A stretch of 32,049 nucleotides of DNA from Basidiobolus meristosporus CBS 931.73. Taxonomy: Eukaryota; Fungi; Basidiobolomycota. The stretch spans positions 1 through 32,049 of the forward strand of contig MCFE01000834.1 in assembly GCA_002104905.1 (NCBI GenBank). Direction: 5' to 3'. The notes beneath the pieces are model-generated. The model worked only from the letters and a program-made list of their open reading frames with translations, had not been told where the DNA came from and did not search any database. The translations under genes were made by a program, and so were the position numbers. This document shows, in pieces, positions 23,501 to 31,836 of this stretch (within the stretch, counting starts at the first letter, position 1; every line of letters begins with the position of its first letter).

Positions 23501-24536
23501 AGGTCAGTGTATGGCTTCCTTCACTGCTTCTAAGGTTTACTTGGATAGTTCCTTCTCCCACTGCATCAAGTGTTCTATCGTCACCCATGAAAACCTTCTT
23601 AATTGGAATTTCTTGATATTGGGTAAAAAGTTCTTTTTGGTGTGTAAAGTGTTGAGAAGCTCCAGAGTCAATATACCACGTCTGAGAATCCTTGTTTGTG
23701 GTCATATTTAGTGCAGATATGAATAGTCTATCTTCAGTTGTTACAGCATTTCCATATTCAGGCTTCTTTTGCTGATAATCTCTCTTTTTGAAACACCGGT
23801 CTGATGTGTGTCCTTTCCTTTTGCAGTAGTTGCAAAATAGGTTGCTGTTGCCTTTGTAGGGTCTTGGGTACCTCCTTTGTTGGTTATCATTGCTTATTAA
23901 AGCATTTTCTTCTTCCTTCTTATTGGCGCTTGATTTTCTTAATTCTTCATCCAGGAGCCTTCCATATACGTAATTTAAGGTCAAATCTTCAGTTCTGGAC
24001 TCTAGGGCTGATACAAGGCCCTGAAACTCGTCTGTCAGGCTATTCAGGATGGTAACTATCACATCCTCATCAGTAGTTGGTACGCCCACAGATTCCATCT
24101 CATCTACCAGCAGGGTAATTCTGTTAATTAGATTTTTCATTTCTTCTCCTGGCAGCATCTTTGTAGTAAAGAATTTTCTTCTCAGATACATTTTCTTGGC
24201 AGCTGAACATGACTGGTAGGTGTCTTCTAATGCTTTCCAGGCATTCTTTGCCGTTTTTGCTCTTGAGCATTGAATTAGCAATTTGTCCTTGACATTAAGG
24301 CAAATGCAGTTAAAGGCACTTTGTTCTTTCTTCTGGTACTTCAAGGCTTCCTCTCCCACGTTTTTAGGAGGGCATTCTTCTCCCATGACAATATCCCAAA
24401 GGCCTCTTTCTTGTAGCAGCATCTTCATCTTCACCTTCCACACTTGGTAGTTAGATCCATCCAACTTTTCAGCAGAGGGAAAAATTCCAGTAATAGCAGT
24501 AGTAGACATTGCAGAGAGTGACAGCTCGGGGCTCAT
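20565..24536 (-). CDS. Copia gag-pol polyprotein (1323 aa from the ATG in the PBS; 1314 aa from MSTT at 24509)
   Basis: Domain order gag (LDGSNYQVW), CCHC knuckle CNYCKRKGHTSDRC, PR WYIDSGASQH, pre-integrase LWHRRFGH, IN CEAC / HSDLCGP / DNGGEY / QNGVAER, RT KARLVAKGYSQ / DVKTAFLNG / LYVDD, RNase H SDADW / TEAEY / ADIFTK. IN before RT is diagnostic of copia. The start codon is uncertain. Confidence 0.95.
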   Translation of the reverse strand: MSPELSLSAMSTTAITGIFPSAEKLDGSNYQVWKVKMKMLLQERGLWDIVMGEECPPKNVGEEALKYQKKEQSAFNCICLNVKDKLLIQCSRAKTAKNAWKALEDTYQSCSAAKKMYLRRKFFTTKMLPGEEMKNLINRITLLVDEMESVGVPTTDEDVIVTILNSLTDEFQGLVSALESRTEDLTLNYVYGRLLDEELRKSSANKKEEENALISNDNQQRRYPRPYKGNSNLFCNYCKRKGHTSDRCFKKRDYQQKKPEYGNAVTTEDRLFISALNMTTNKDSQTWYIDSGASQHFTHQKELFTQYQEIPIKKVFMGDDRTLDAVGEGTIQVNLRSSEGSHTLTFKEVLYVPEIAKNLLSVSKATAEGLSFSFDNSGCRITDQNGAHIASGIRDQNLYKLTYIPSYLEANISNLNEETPMLWHRRFGHINFDYLRKMIKDQLISGVKIDPPAILEHCEACIYGKQARQPFKSSGLIKTKKKLDLIHSDLCGPMQNLSLGGMKYLITFIDDYTRYTWVYFMERKEEALSKLREFKAMVERETGEKIKKIRSDNGGEYTSKLFIHFCKIHGIKQETTVPYSPQQNGVAERANRSIIDMARSMIHDQKLSYDFWAESVATAVYLKNRSYNRILRDSTPFEAWYGYRPSAEHLRIFGCTAYAKKLAGNQSKFEPKSVKCIFLGYCNESKAYRLYNTEAKKLIKSRDVLFDENSKFSQKMTSDDDENLISSPPIVRIESEQNNENFFTPEDSTTVVQPESVPRNIPEVIIPVSNARRSNRTRNSPNYYINEGTNLAYAYSVHVDEPQTVKEALNSPQTKFWRSAMTEEYQALMENQTWDLVKLPINRKSIGCRWVFKTKYKADGTIERYKARLVAKGYSQTKGLDYTETFAPVAKFNSIRLILAIAAKYKFFIHQMDVKTAFLNGELDEDVYMDQPDGFVDQDNPHLVCKLKKSLYGLKQSPRAWNCKIDSYLESLSFKRSNADYSIYYKPDRANPVLLALYVDDLIIAANNLEILEGTKSSLSKEFKMSDLGELSYYLGIKFSIDRSTQTITLSQSKYIQDILKKYKMEDCKPAATPMETNLNLVKTQPNQESLVPSESPDFPYQSMVGSLMYIMLGTRPDISYSVGVVSQHNQNYGSDHIAAVKRIFRYLKGTADICLRYTYKDSEQDLVGYSDADWGRNLEDRRSTTGYTFLYCKGAISWNSRKQPTVALSTTEAEYMAACEATKEAMWLRKLFTDLGLCQKTPITLFQDNQGCIQLGRNPTFHARTKHIDIRHHFIREAIENNLVSLVYCPTDEMIADIFTKPLARDKFEYLRSKLGLVSMNI

Positions 24537-24540
24537 AACC
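24529..24540 (-). other. Primer-binding site GGTTATGAGCCC (internal tRNAiMet, half-tRNA priming)
   Basis: Abuts the 5' LTR; exact complement of GGGCUCAUAACC in the fungal initiator tRNA-Met anticodon arm, not of a CCA 3' end. Confidence 0.9.
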
Positions 24541-24890
24541 TGTTGTAAGAGTCTTGGAGATATTGGAAGTGATTGGGAGAACAAGTAGATTATGTGGTTT
24601 TCACTTAATGATTTATTGAATGTAAAAGTAGTATTTATACTTTTACATGGTCTTGGCATTACAAACACGTAGAATAGGTTAAGGAAGGTCCCAAGAACAT
24701 GTGTGCAAAGTTTGGGGCTGTTTGGACAACTTTGAGAATTTTCATGTTCTGGGTACCTGGTATTTTGGTGAAAATATTCTAAGTAAATCCCGACAAGGAA
24801 TTTGGTCAGTATTCTCTAGGATTTGAAGATGATGATCTAAGTGACTAAGTTAGGTGAATATTTAGGTGGAAAATACGAATTTTTACAACA
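24541..24890 (-). repeat. 5' LTR of the intact element
   Basis: 350 bp, matches 20204-20553 at 349/350 positions. Confidence 0.98.
24612..24639 (-). promoter_or_regulatory. Candidate LTR TATA box (TATAAATA, 24632-24639) and poly(A) signal (AATAAA, 24612-24617)
   Basis: Motifs lie ~70-100 nt before the LTR end in sense orientation and are largely retained in other family A LTRs. Function is inferred. Confidence 0.45.
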
Positions 24891-25209
24891 GTTTGTATGC
24901 ATGAAAAGAATAAGCATTGGGCAAGTCAGGAAGTAAGGAGTGTGTAAAGAGGCAATAGCCAATCAATGTACACAAATGCAGGAGGTGATTGAGTGTCTGG
25001 GGTCAGAAAGTGAGCAAAATGACTGAGAATCAATTCAAAGCCACCAATGTTTTGAGTAAGATTTTTGACCAAGTTTTTTGTGAAATCTGAAGGGGCAATT
25101 TTTTGATAGTCTTTGCACCATGTCCTAATGTCATCCTTACCTCTTAGTTACAGGATTAAAATTCTGTGACCACCTTTTGATGGGATCATCACAATTATTT
25201 TTCATAGGG

Positions 25210-25808
25210 CATATTTCAGGATAATCAGGGATGTATACAATTAGGTAGATCAAACTTTTCATGCCAGAACTGGGCACATATATATATTAGACATCATTTC
25301 ATACAAGAAGCTATAGAGAATAACTTGGTTAACTTAGTTTACTGTCCTACAGATGAAATGATTGAAGACATATTTATCTAGCCATCAGCCAGAGACAAAT
25401 TTGAATATCTCAGATCACAATTAGGACTAGTTAATATGAGTATTTAGTTGCGTGAGTGTGTTGTAAAAAGTTGTAATTGCACCTAAATATCCACCTAACT
25501 TAGTCACTTAGATCATTGCCTACAGATCTTAGAGAATACTGACCAAATTCCTAGTTGGGATTTACTTGGGACATTTTCATCAAGACATTAGGTACCCAGA
25601 ACATGAAATTTTGTCAAGTTGTTCAAACAGCCCCAAACTTTGCACACATGTTCTTGGGACCTTCCTAAATATACTTTACATGTGTATTCTGTCAAGACCA
25701 TATAAAAGTATCAATGATACTTTTTCATTCAACAAATCATTGAAGCAACGGCCACATTATCTACTTGTTCTCCCAATCACTTCCAATATCTCCAAAACTC
25801 TTACAGCA
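25210..25808 (+). mobile_element. Family A copia 3' fragment (RNase H end, PPT remnant, 3' LTR 25459-25808), plus strand
   Basis: FQDNQGCIQLGR..EAIENNLVNLVYCPTDEMI..LGLVNMSI*, then a 350-bp LTR TGTTGTAAAA..TTACAGCA. Confidence 0.9.
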
Positions 25809-25945
25809 ATATCAAGTGGGTATCACTTAATGAGTTATTAAATCTCAGGGTGAGGTTTATACTTCTGTATGGTTGTAGAAATGCAAGCATATACAGTCTG
25901 CTTAGGAAGCTCCCAAGATCATGTTTGCAAAGCTTGGAGGTCTGG
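25809..25945 (-). repeat. Highly diverged partial family A LTR, inverted relative to the adjacent LTR
   Basis: GTGGGTATCACTTAATGAGTTATT..GGAAGCTCCCAAGATCATGTTTGCAAAGCTTGG aligns to LTR positions ~47-180; right edge approximate. Confidence 0.6.
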
Positions 25946-26154
25946 CATCAGTGTGAAACTAATTCAGAGCACCCTGCCATACTTGAAACTGATTCTTGAC
26001 AAACTTGTTACTTTCGTACTTTTCAAACTAGCTATTCCTCATTGCAAGTGGTGTAAAAGAGCGATTTTATTATAGAGAAAGGATTACTACCAGTGTGCAA
26101 AGCTCAAGAGTACAACTAGGAGGGGGATTTGTCGAGGATGCCCGAAGAAGATAT

Positions 26155-29100
26155 TTACAGATAGAGGGAGGCAGCGAAAACGATGTCACGTTTGATCTTG
26201 TTGATGCCATCGGCGAATTTGTTCTCCAACTCCGTGTTGCCAATGGACTTCGCAGCCGCGCACATTTGTCTTAGTAATTCTTCGAGGCGACGGAAGCCAC
26301 GAATGAGGGACCCTTCGAAGGTGTCGGTCATCTTGATGATCTGGGAGAACTTGGCCCCGTTACACCACGCGAAGACCACGTCCATGTGCTCCGAGCGGAA
26401 GCTTTGTACATATTCCTCTTCGTTCACGTTGAGCTTCGACTCCTGGGAGACCTTGGCGATGCGGCGGGCCGCCTCCTGCATCATTCGCAGTGGGCCGGCG
26501 AGCTCTTCGCCAAGCTTCGGTGCTTGCTCGCTCTTCTCCTGGAACACAAAGCAACTCAGCAACGCAACACTCTGCTCCACTGTGAGGTCATTGAAAACAC
26601 CATTGAAAATCATCTCCGTGAGCAGCAACTCATCTCCCGTACTGATCTCGCACGCCACTCGGCCCTTGACCTCGATGACATCCGCCTGGTTGGTGTAGCC
26701 CAATCTTCGGAGGACACGCTTGCGGCATCTCAGCTCATCCAGCTGCATGATCGAGTGCGCGGTTTGAATCTGCTTCTTGAGCTCCTTGGCACGAGAGGCG
26801 AGGCTGACCTTCTTGGAGTACTCCTCGAAGAGCTGGGGGAGCTGAGGGTCGGTCTTCATCGGGCTGTCATCGAGGCGAGCTTGCAGGACATCGATCTTTT
26901 TGAGAAGTTTCTTGAAGCTCTCATCCTTGATGCCAAGGTTGTCGACGGGGTCGAGCAGGGGCAGACCGTCAGGGAAGCGCTTCTTCACCTCGGTGATGGA
27001 CTTGTAGACAGTGTTTCTGGGCTCCAAGGGGCGGATGTCTTTGGGAAGGAAGAGGCGAACGTGGCTCATGCCTCTCAAGGTGTTGAGCAGGACAGGGACC
27101 ACCACCATCTCCCCCTTCTCGTTCTCTTTGCAGGGCTGCACCCCAGTCACCAGCCCGTCAGGGCCCTTGGCAACGGTGGTGCCAGCAGCACAGTGAAGGA
27201 GCACATCAACGATGTATCTGGCGGCAGCATCCACGTCATCAGCATCGTTGCTATCTTTGTTGGGGCCCTTGTTTGGAGAAGAACGCTTCTGGTAGCTCAC
27301 GACACAGCCCCAGCCGAAGTCCACGCCGTCATGGACCACCCTTACCACACGGCCAGGCTGGATGAATGGCAGCGAGTAAGTGGGGTGGTTCATGATGTCG
27401 AATTTATCGTTGGTGTAGCGGTCGATCTCTTGCTTGATGTTGAAGTACTGCTCCACCAGTCTTTCGTTCTCCACCACGATCGCTTTGCGCTCCTCCTCGA
27501 CCAGCTGAAGCTCCGCCTCGAGCTTGGGAACGTTGGCGTTGTTCTGGAACTGGAAGAAGCACTGGTCCAACATGAACTCGGGGCTCATGCCGTCCACACG
27601 CATCAGATTGAGAATCATGTTGTATGTGAGATGGAAGGCGGAGTTGAGGGCGTCCGCCTCACCCTTCACCATGTTCTTGGCGACGGCAGGCTCCATCTTC
27701 TCGTCCACCATCATGATAACGATACCACGGTCATCGAGACCACGTCGACCGGCACGACCAGACATCTGGATGTACTCACCGGAGGACACCCAGCGGAAGT
27801 CCTTACCGTCGAACTTGCGCACATTCGTGAACACCACGGTCTTGGCAGGCATGTTGAGACCGATGGAGAAGGTCTCGGTGGCGAAAAGGACCTTGAGCAG
27901 GCCTTCTTGGAAGAGGATTTCGATGACTTCCTTGAGGATGGGAAGCAGGCCGGAGTGATGGATTCCGATACCACGGCGCAACAGGGGGAGCAGATGCTCG
28001 ATCTGGGGAAGCTGCTTATCATCGTCGGACAGTCCGTTGATGGCGTTGGTGAACACGGTGGCAACCATCTCGTTCTCAGACTCGTCATTGAAGTCAAGCT
28101 TGCTCATTTGCAGGGCGAGCGACTCGCACTCCCTCTTGCTGAAACTGAAGACAATCACCGGATGGTAGTTCTTGGTCATGATCATCTTGACGATCTTGTA
28201 GATGTCCGAGGGGCCTGCAGAGATAATGTGAGCATACAATCAAGCCAAGCGCCGAAGTGGCCGCTCCTACCTTTGGTGGAAGGCTTTTTGCCCTTCTTCT
28301 TTGCTCCCTTCCCGCTGCCTCCAGGCTCTTCGGCAGAGCCGGAATCGCCCAACGCCCCGATGGCCTTTTGGAAGTTCTCCTCGCGGAAGACACTCTTCTC
28401 GTCCACGACCAGGTGGATACCCTCGCTGCCGGATGGGAAGAGATAATGCTGCAGTGGCGTGGGTCGGAAGTCGGTGTACACGATGTGGCATGGCTACATG
28501 ACAAGCGTTAGTGATGTTGGTCCTCATGATGGTTGGCCAGCGGCCAGGCGTTACCTGCTCGTGAATCTTGCAAATCCACTCGGCGAACTCCATAGCGTTG
28601 GGGATGGTGGCGGACAAGAACACGTAATGGACCTTGTGGGGAAGCATAATGATAGTTTCCTCCCAGACGACACCACGCGCCTTATCACGCATGTAGTGCA
28701 CCTCATCGAAAATTACCCAGGCCACCTCTCGCATCACCTCTGAACCGCGGTACAGCATGGACCGCAAAATTTCCGTGGTCATGACGAGGCAGGACGCGCT
28801 GGGGTTGATCGTAACATCACCAGTCATCAGACCAACATCTCCGAATTCCTGGAGAAGCTCACGGTACTTCTGATTACTGAGGGCCTTGATGGGACTGGTG
28901 TAGATCACTCGCTGTTTGTCGCGTAAACTTTGCGCGATAGCATACTCTGCCACCACCGTTTTACCTGCACTGGTATGGGCACTGACCAGGACAGACTCCG
29001 AGCGCTCGATACAGTGCGTGGCTAGGAGCTGGAAGGGATCTAATTTGAAGGGATAGCTTCTGGCAGGTGGCTCGGGGGACACGTGCTGCGACAGTGGGAC

Positions 29101-29520
29101 ATAATCGTAGGTAGGGGGGATGGCGACTTGATGACGAACCTAGCAAACAGTCAAGCGTGAGTTAGCGGGAAGAGCTTGGCGAATTGGACATGGCGCCCAT
29201 ACCTGGTGAGAAAGGACCAAGGTCTCTCCGTAGTCTTCTTGAACTTCCTTTCCTACTGCCTGTACCTCGCGAGATAGATCTTGCGAGAATTCATCGGCAA
29301 CGAGAGCCTTGGGTGATAAGGCCCGTTTAATCTTTCTGGTGGGCTCTTGAGACTCAGTCGAGGGGGTGTTGACTTCTACGCCTGCTTCGGCGTCAACCTC
29401 GGCGGCTGGCTCTTCGGTCTTTCTCTTTTTGGTGGAAAGATTGGTTAAATCCGTGGTAATTTCGGTGGTGACAGGCGCAGAGAAAACATCGAACAAGGAA
29501 TCGGTATCTTCGGAAAACAT
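26155..29520 (-). CDS. MTR4: Ski2-like DExH RNA helicase Mtr4 (nuclear exosome/TRAMP cofactor), 4 exons: 29203-29520, 28555-29139, 28271-28493, 26155-28214; 1061 aa
   Basis: [42 protein letters not shown], arch/KOW GRVVRV..DFGWG, C-terminal [11 protein letters not shown]. Introns of 63, 61 and 56 nt are GT-AG with branch sites GCTAAC, ACTAAC and GCTCAC, and splice in frame. Confidence 0.95.
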
Positions 29521-29910
29521 GATGCAGGGAACGTTCGAAGTCCGGACTTCTCTAAGGTACACTGATTATACTAAAATTGAGGGGAACAAGAACTAGTAGA
29601 CAAAGGGGACTCTCTATACGTCTTCGAAAAGGAGGCTGTCTAGGAAAAGTGGGGATTCACGACAGGGACACCGCTAGTATATGTGGTTCTCCAAAGACAA
29701 AGGATACGACAAAACAACCTTGGCTGCCTGGGATGGTACAGTTATCCGGTATATTCCGCCTGAAAAAAACCACGGATTCCTTCGAATTTTTTTTTAAACC
29801 ATGTTACATTAATTAGTGGGATTTTTTTTCCTTACTGTGTGCTTGGTTTAATGATGTTTGTACATGAAGATAGTTTGATTAACCGATTTTACATGGTAGA
29901 ATTATTGTGC

Positions 29911-30904
29911 TTAAACATATATACTAGGTGATCCAGATAAGCCGACTTCTCTGGCTAGTCTATCCCAAATGTGTGTTAAGGGTTTGTGATGTCTATCGCG
30001 GCGATCTGTACTATCTGGCAAGCTCTGGATCTCAGTAGATTCGGTTGTGCTGGTGTCACGGCGGACCACTTCAGAACTACGTTCCTCGATACTATGGCCG
30101 GGAAGCCCTTGCTGGAAGACGTCTATCGGTGCACTCTGGCCACGATCGATGATCTGCTCTCCGTTGGATAAATGGTTGAGGTGGTTTCTGCGAGAACGGA
30201 GCAACCGTCGTGCAATGTTCAAGTTGGAGAACGGGTGGGCACCACGGTGCGAATGGTCCGGCCGGATGTCATCACTACTGACAGCCTGAGAGTCGGCGGG
30301 CACCACTGCAACTTGCTGTGCTTTGGTGTCATCTCTAGAGATCAGAGTGACTTTCTCTCCTTCCCGGTAGAGGCTACTATCATATGGCGCAGTATAGATG
30401 ACCGCAAAATTTGGACCCACACAGTACGGGCAGGTGACAGGGGTTATGGCGTTAGGTCTTTTCATTTGAAGGAAGCATTCTGTGCAGATCGGCTGGTGAC
30501 AACAACGTGTATAATTGATATTCTTTGGGTAGTACTGTGAGGAACTTCGATTAGCGATCAGAGTTCATAACGACAGCAGGGCATATTGGGAAAGTTACCA
30601 GGAAACAGATAGGGCATTCGACAGCATCCTTATACAAGTCCACTTGGTTCAACATGCTCCCATTGAATTTCCTCTTAGCTGTATATCTGACCGGCCTGAC
30701 TTTGGAGGATCTCTTGATGGACTGTTCTTTCACTGCGTCTTTGACCTCGGCCAACCCTTTGTAGAAGGGAGCGATCCTTCTACCAAGGATAAGTCTGCGT
30801 ACAATGCGCGTGTTGTAATCCTGTACGGCGGAATAGATCCCATTAGGAGTGAATCCGCCACCGTCTATATCAGGGCTCTCTCTCTTGGCTTGGATATTCC
30901 CCAT
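29911..30904 (-). CDS. SIP5: Sip5-like RING-type zinc-finger protein, 2 exons: 30599-30904 and 29911-30534; ~309 aa
   Basis: MGNIQAK start; [32 protein letters not shown]; ECPICFL|[18 protein letters not shown]; CPYC. A 64-nt GT-AG intron with GCTAAT branch joins in frame. The C-terminal end is less certain. Confidence 0.8.
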
Positions 30905-31836
30905 GATGTGGTAAAAGTCAAGCTGCAAGAAGGGTTAGCAATCGGAGTCGGTCCAAGCTGAAGATGGCTCTACTTACCAATGGTTATGCGGGGGTTTAGA
31001 CAAAGGATTTAGTAATGTTAGCGGAGGAGTTAATATTTTCGGACTTGAAGTTAAGATCTTTGCCTTAAATATGGCTGATGCGCACTCCGAACAGACCTTT
31101 AGGAAGCAAACCCCCGGTTTCCATTTTAAGATTACCACCTCGTCACTAACGAAGCTATTTGATGAAAAAGTGGAACCAATCCAATTTCACCTGCATGGGG
31201 AGAAGGGTCGGGTGGCGGATGAAAAGATACCGGCTACTTGAAACAAACCGATGAATCAGTAAACCTGCAGAGCCTTCGAGGATCTAGGAGGCAGGACTGG
31301 CGGGCGGTCAGGCAAGACAGGCGAATGTTCGGACCAAAAAAGTGAAAGCTTGGTAGATCAGCCATGTTACTCAAGATCCCTTAATACAGAAATCCGTTGA
31401 AAGCATGTGTCTCATGGAAGTGATTAATGGACTGGGTGTCGGATCTGAGGAACATCAGCCAACCGGATGTCGAGAAACATGCAAAATAAATGCTGTCATG
31501 AGGCAGATTACCCAAATAAATACATCATGGGTTCTGGAGCTTTCCGCTTTACCCCACTTCTTAGTGCACATTGCAAACATCCACTCATCCTTCAGTCCTC
31601 ACTGCTCCACCCCGGGAGAAAAACTCGGTCCCTGAGGCGGTTGATTTCGCAGAAACATCAGTATCGGCTTGGGTGAAAAAAAGCGTGCTATTGAGATTAG
31701 GCAGTTTAACCGTAACTTTATATGAATCAAACATAGTGCCCTATTTTGGACACGGTTGAGATGAGGAATGCAGTTAGGTATGTTGATCAACGCTGTGAAG
31801 GAAGAAAAGCATGCATGATGAGTGAAAAGAAGGGAC

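Larger units (their letters stand above)
20204..24890 (-). mobile_element. Intact, very recent Ty1/copia LTR retrotransposon (family A, 4687 bp)
   Basis: Two 350-bp LTRs differing at one site (20455 A / 24792 G); TSD GTTTG at 20199-20203 and 24891-24895; PBS, PPT and an unbroken gag-pol ORF. Confidence 0.98.

Noticed and set aside
344-24055. Many short ORFs opposite or out of frame to copia, gypsy and CACTA sequence (e.g. 344-682, 7796-8134, 14707-14898, 20912-21103, 23804-24055)
   Set aside because: They are shadows of TE coding DNA, recurring in each copy because the DNA is repeated, with no independent domains.
24529-24540. GGGCTCATAACC as part of a tRNA-Met gene
   Set aside because: Only the 12-nt anticodon-arm match is present and there is no cloverleaf; it is a primer-binding site.
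24537-24668. ORF-track start extending gag 44 codons into the LTR (also open at 8818 and 18624)
   Set aside because: It starts at a GTG, and its first ATG (24659) is upstream of the candidate TATA box (24632-24639), so it is probably outside the transcript. The frame is closed in other LTR copies. Ty1-like LTR-encoded gag starts exist, so 5' RACE could overturn this.
1-25945. CRISPR array, or prokaryotic/phage system
   Set aside because: Repeats are ~350-bp LTRs, not short repeat-spacer units; genes have spliceosomal introns; no cas or phage genes are seen.
26118-26132. AGGAGGGGGATTTGT resembling a PPT plus LTR start
   Set aside because: No LTR follows; it lies ~25-35 nt beyond the MTR4 stop in CpG-containing DNA and is best read as MTR4 3' UTR.
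26386-28446. 686-aa plus-strand ORF antisense to MTR4
   Set aside because: It lies entirely opposite MTR4 coding DNA, has no recognisable domain and runs across an MTR4 intron. Long antisense ORFs are an expected by-product of strong GC3 codon bias. Stranded RNA-seq or peptides would be needed to revive it.
27011-29146. Alternative-frame ORFs overlapping MTR4 (27524-27958, 27711-28097, 28094-28504 and others)
   Set aside because: Explained by GC-rich codon usage and by exon phases of the spliced MTR4 model.
26155-29520. Calling the helicase SKI2 instead of MTR4
   Set aside because: The short N-terminus, ~1060-aa length and KOW-type arch (GRVVRV..DFGWG) fit Mtr4; Ski2 has a long N-terminal extension.
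31405-31790. Short overlapping ORFs between SIP5-like and FNT genes
   Set aside because: 60-76 aa, mutually overlapping, no motifs or coding-type bias; likely FNT terminator and SIP5 promoter DNA.
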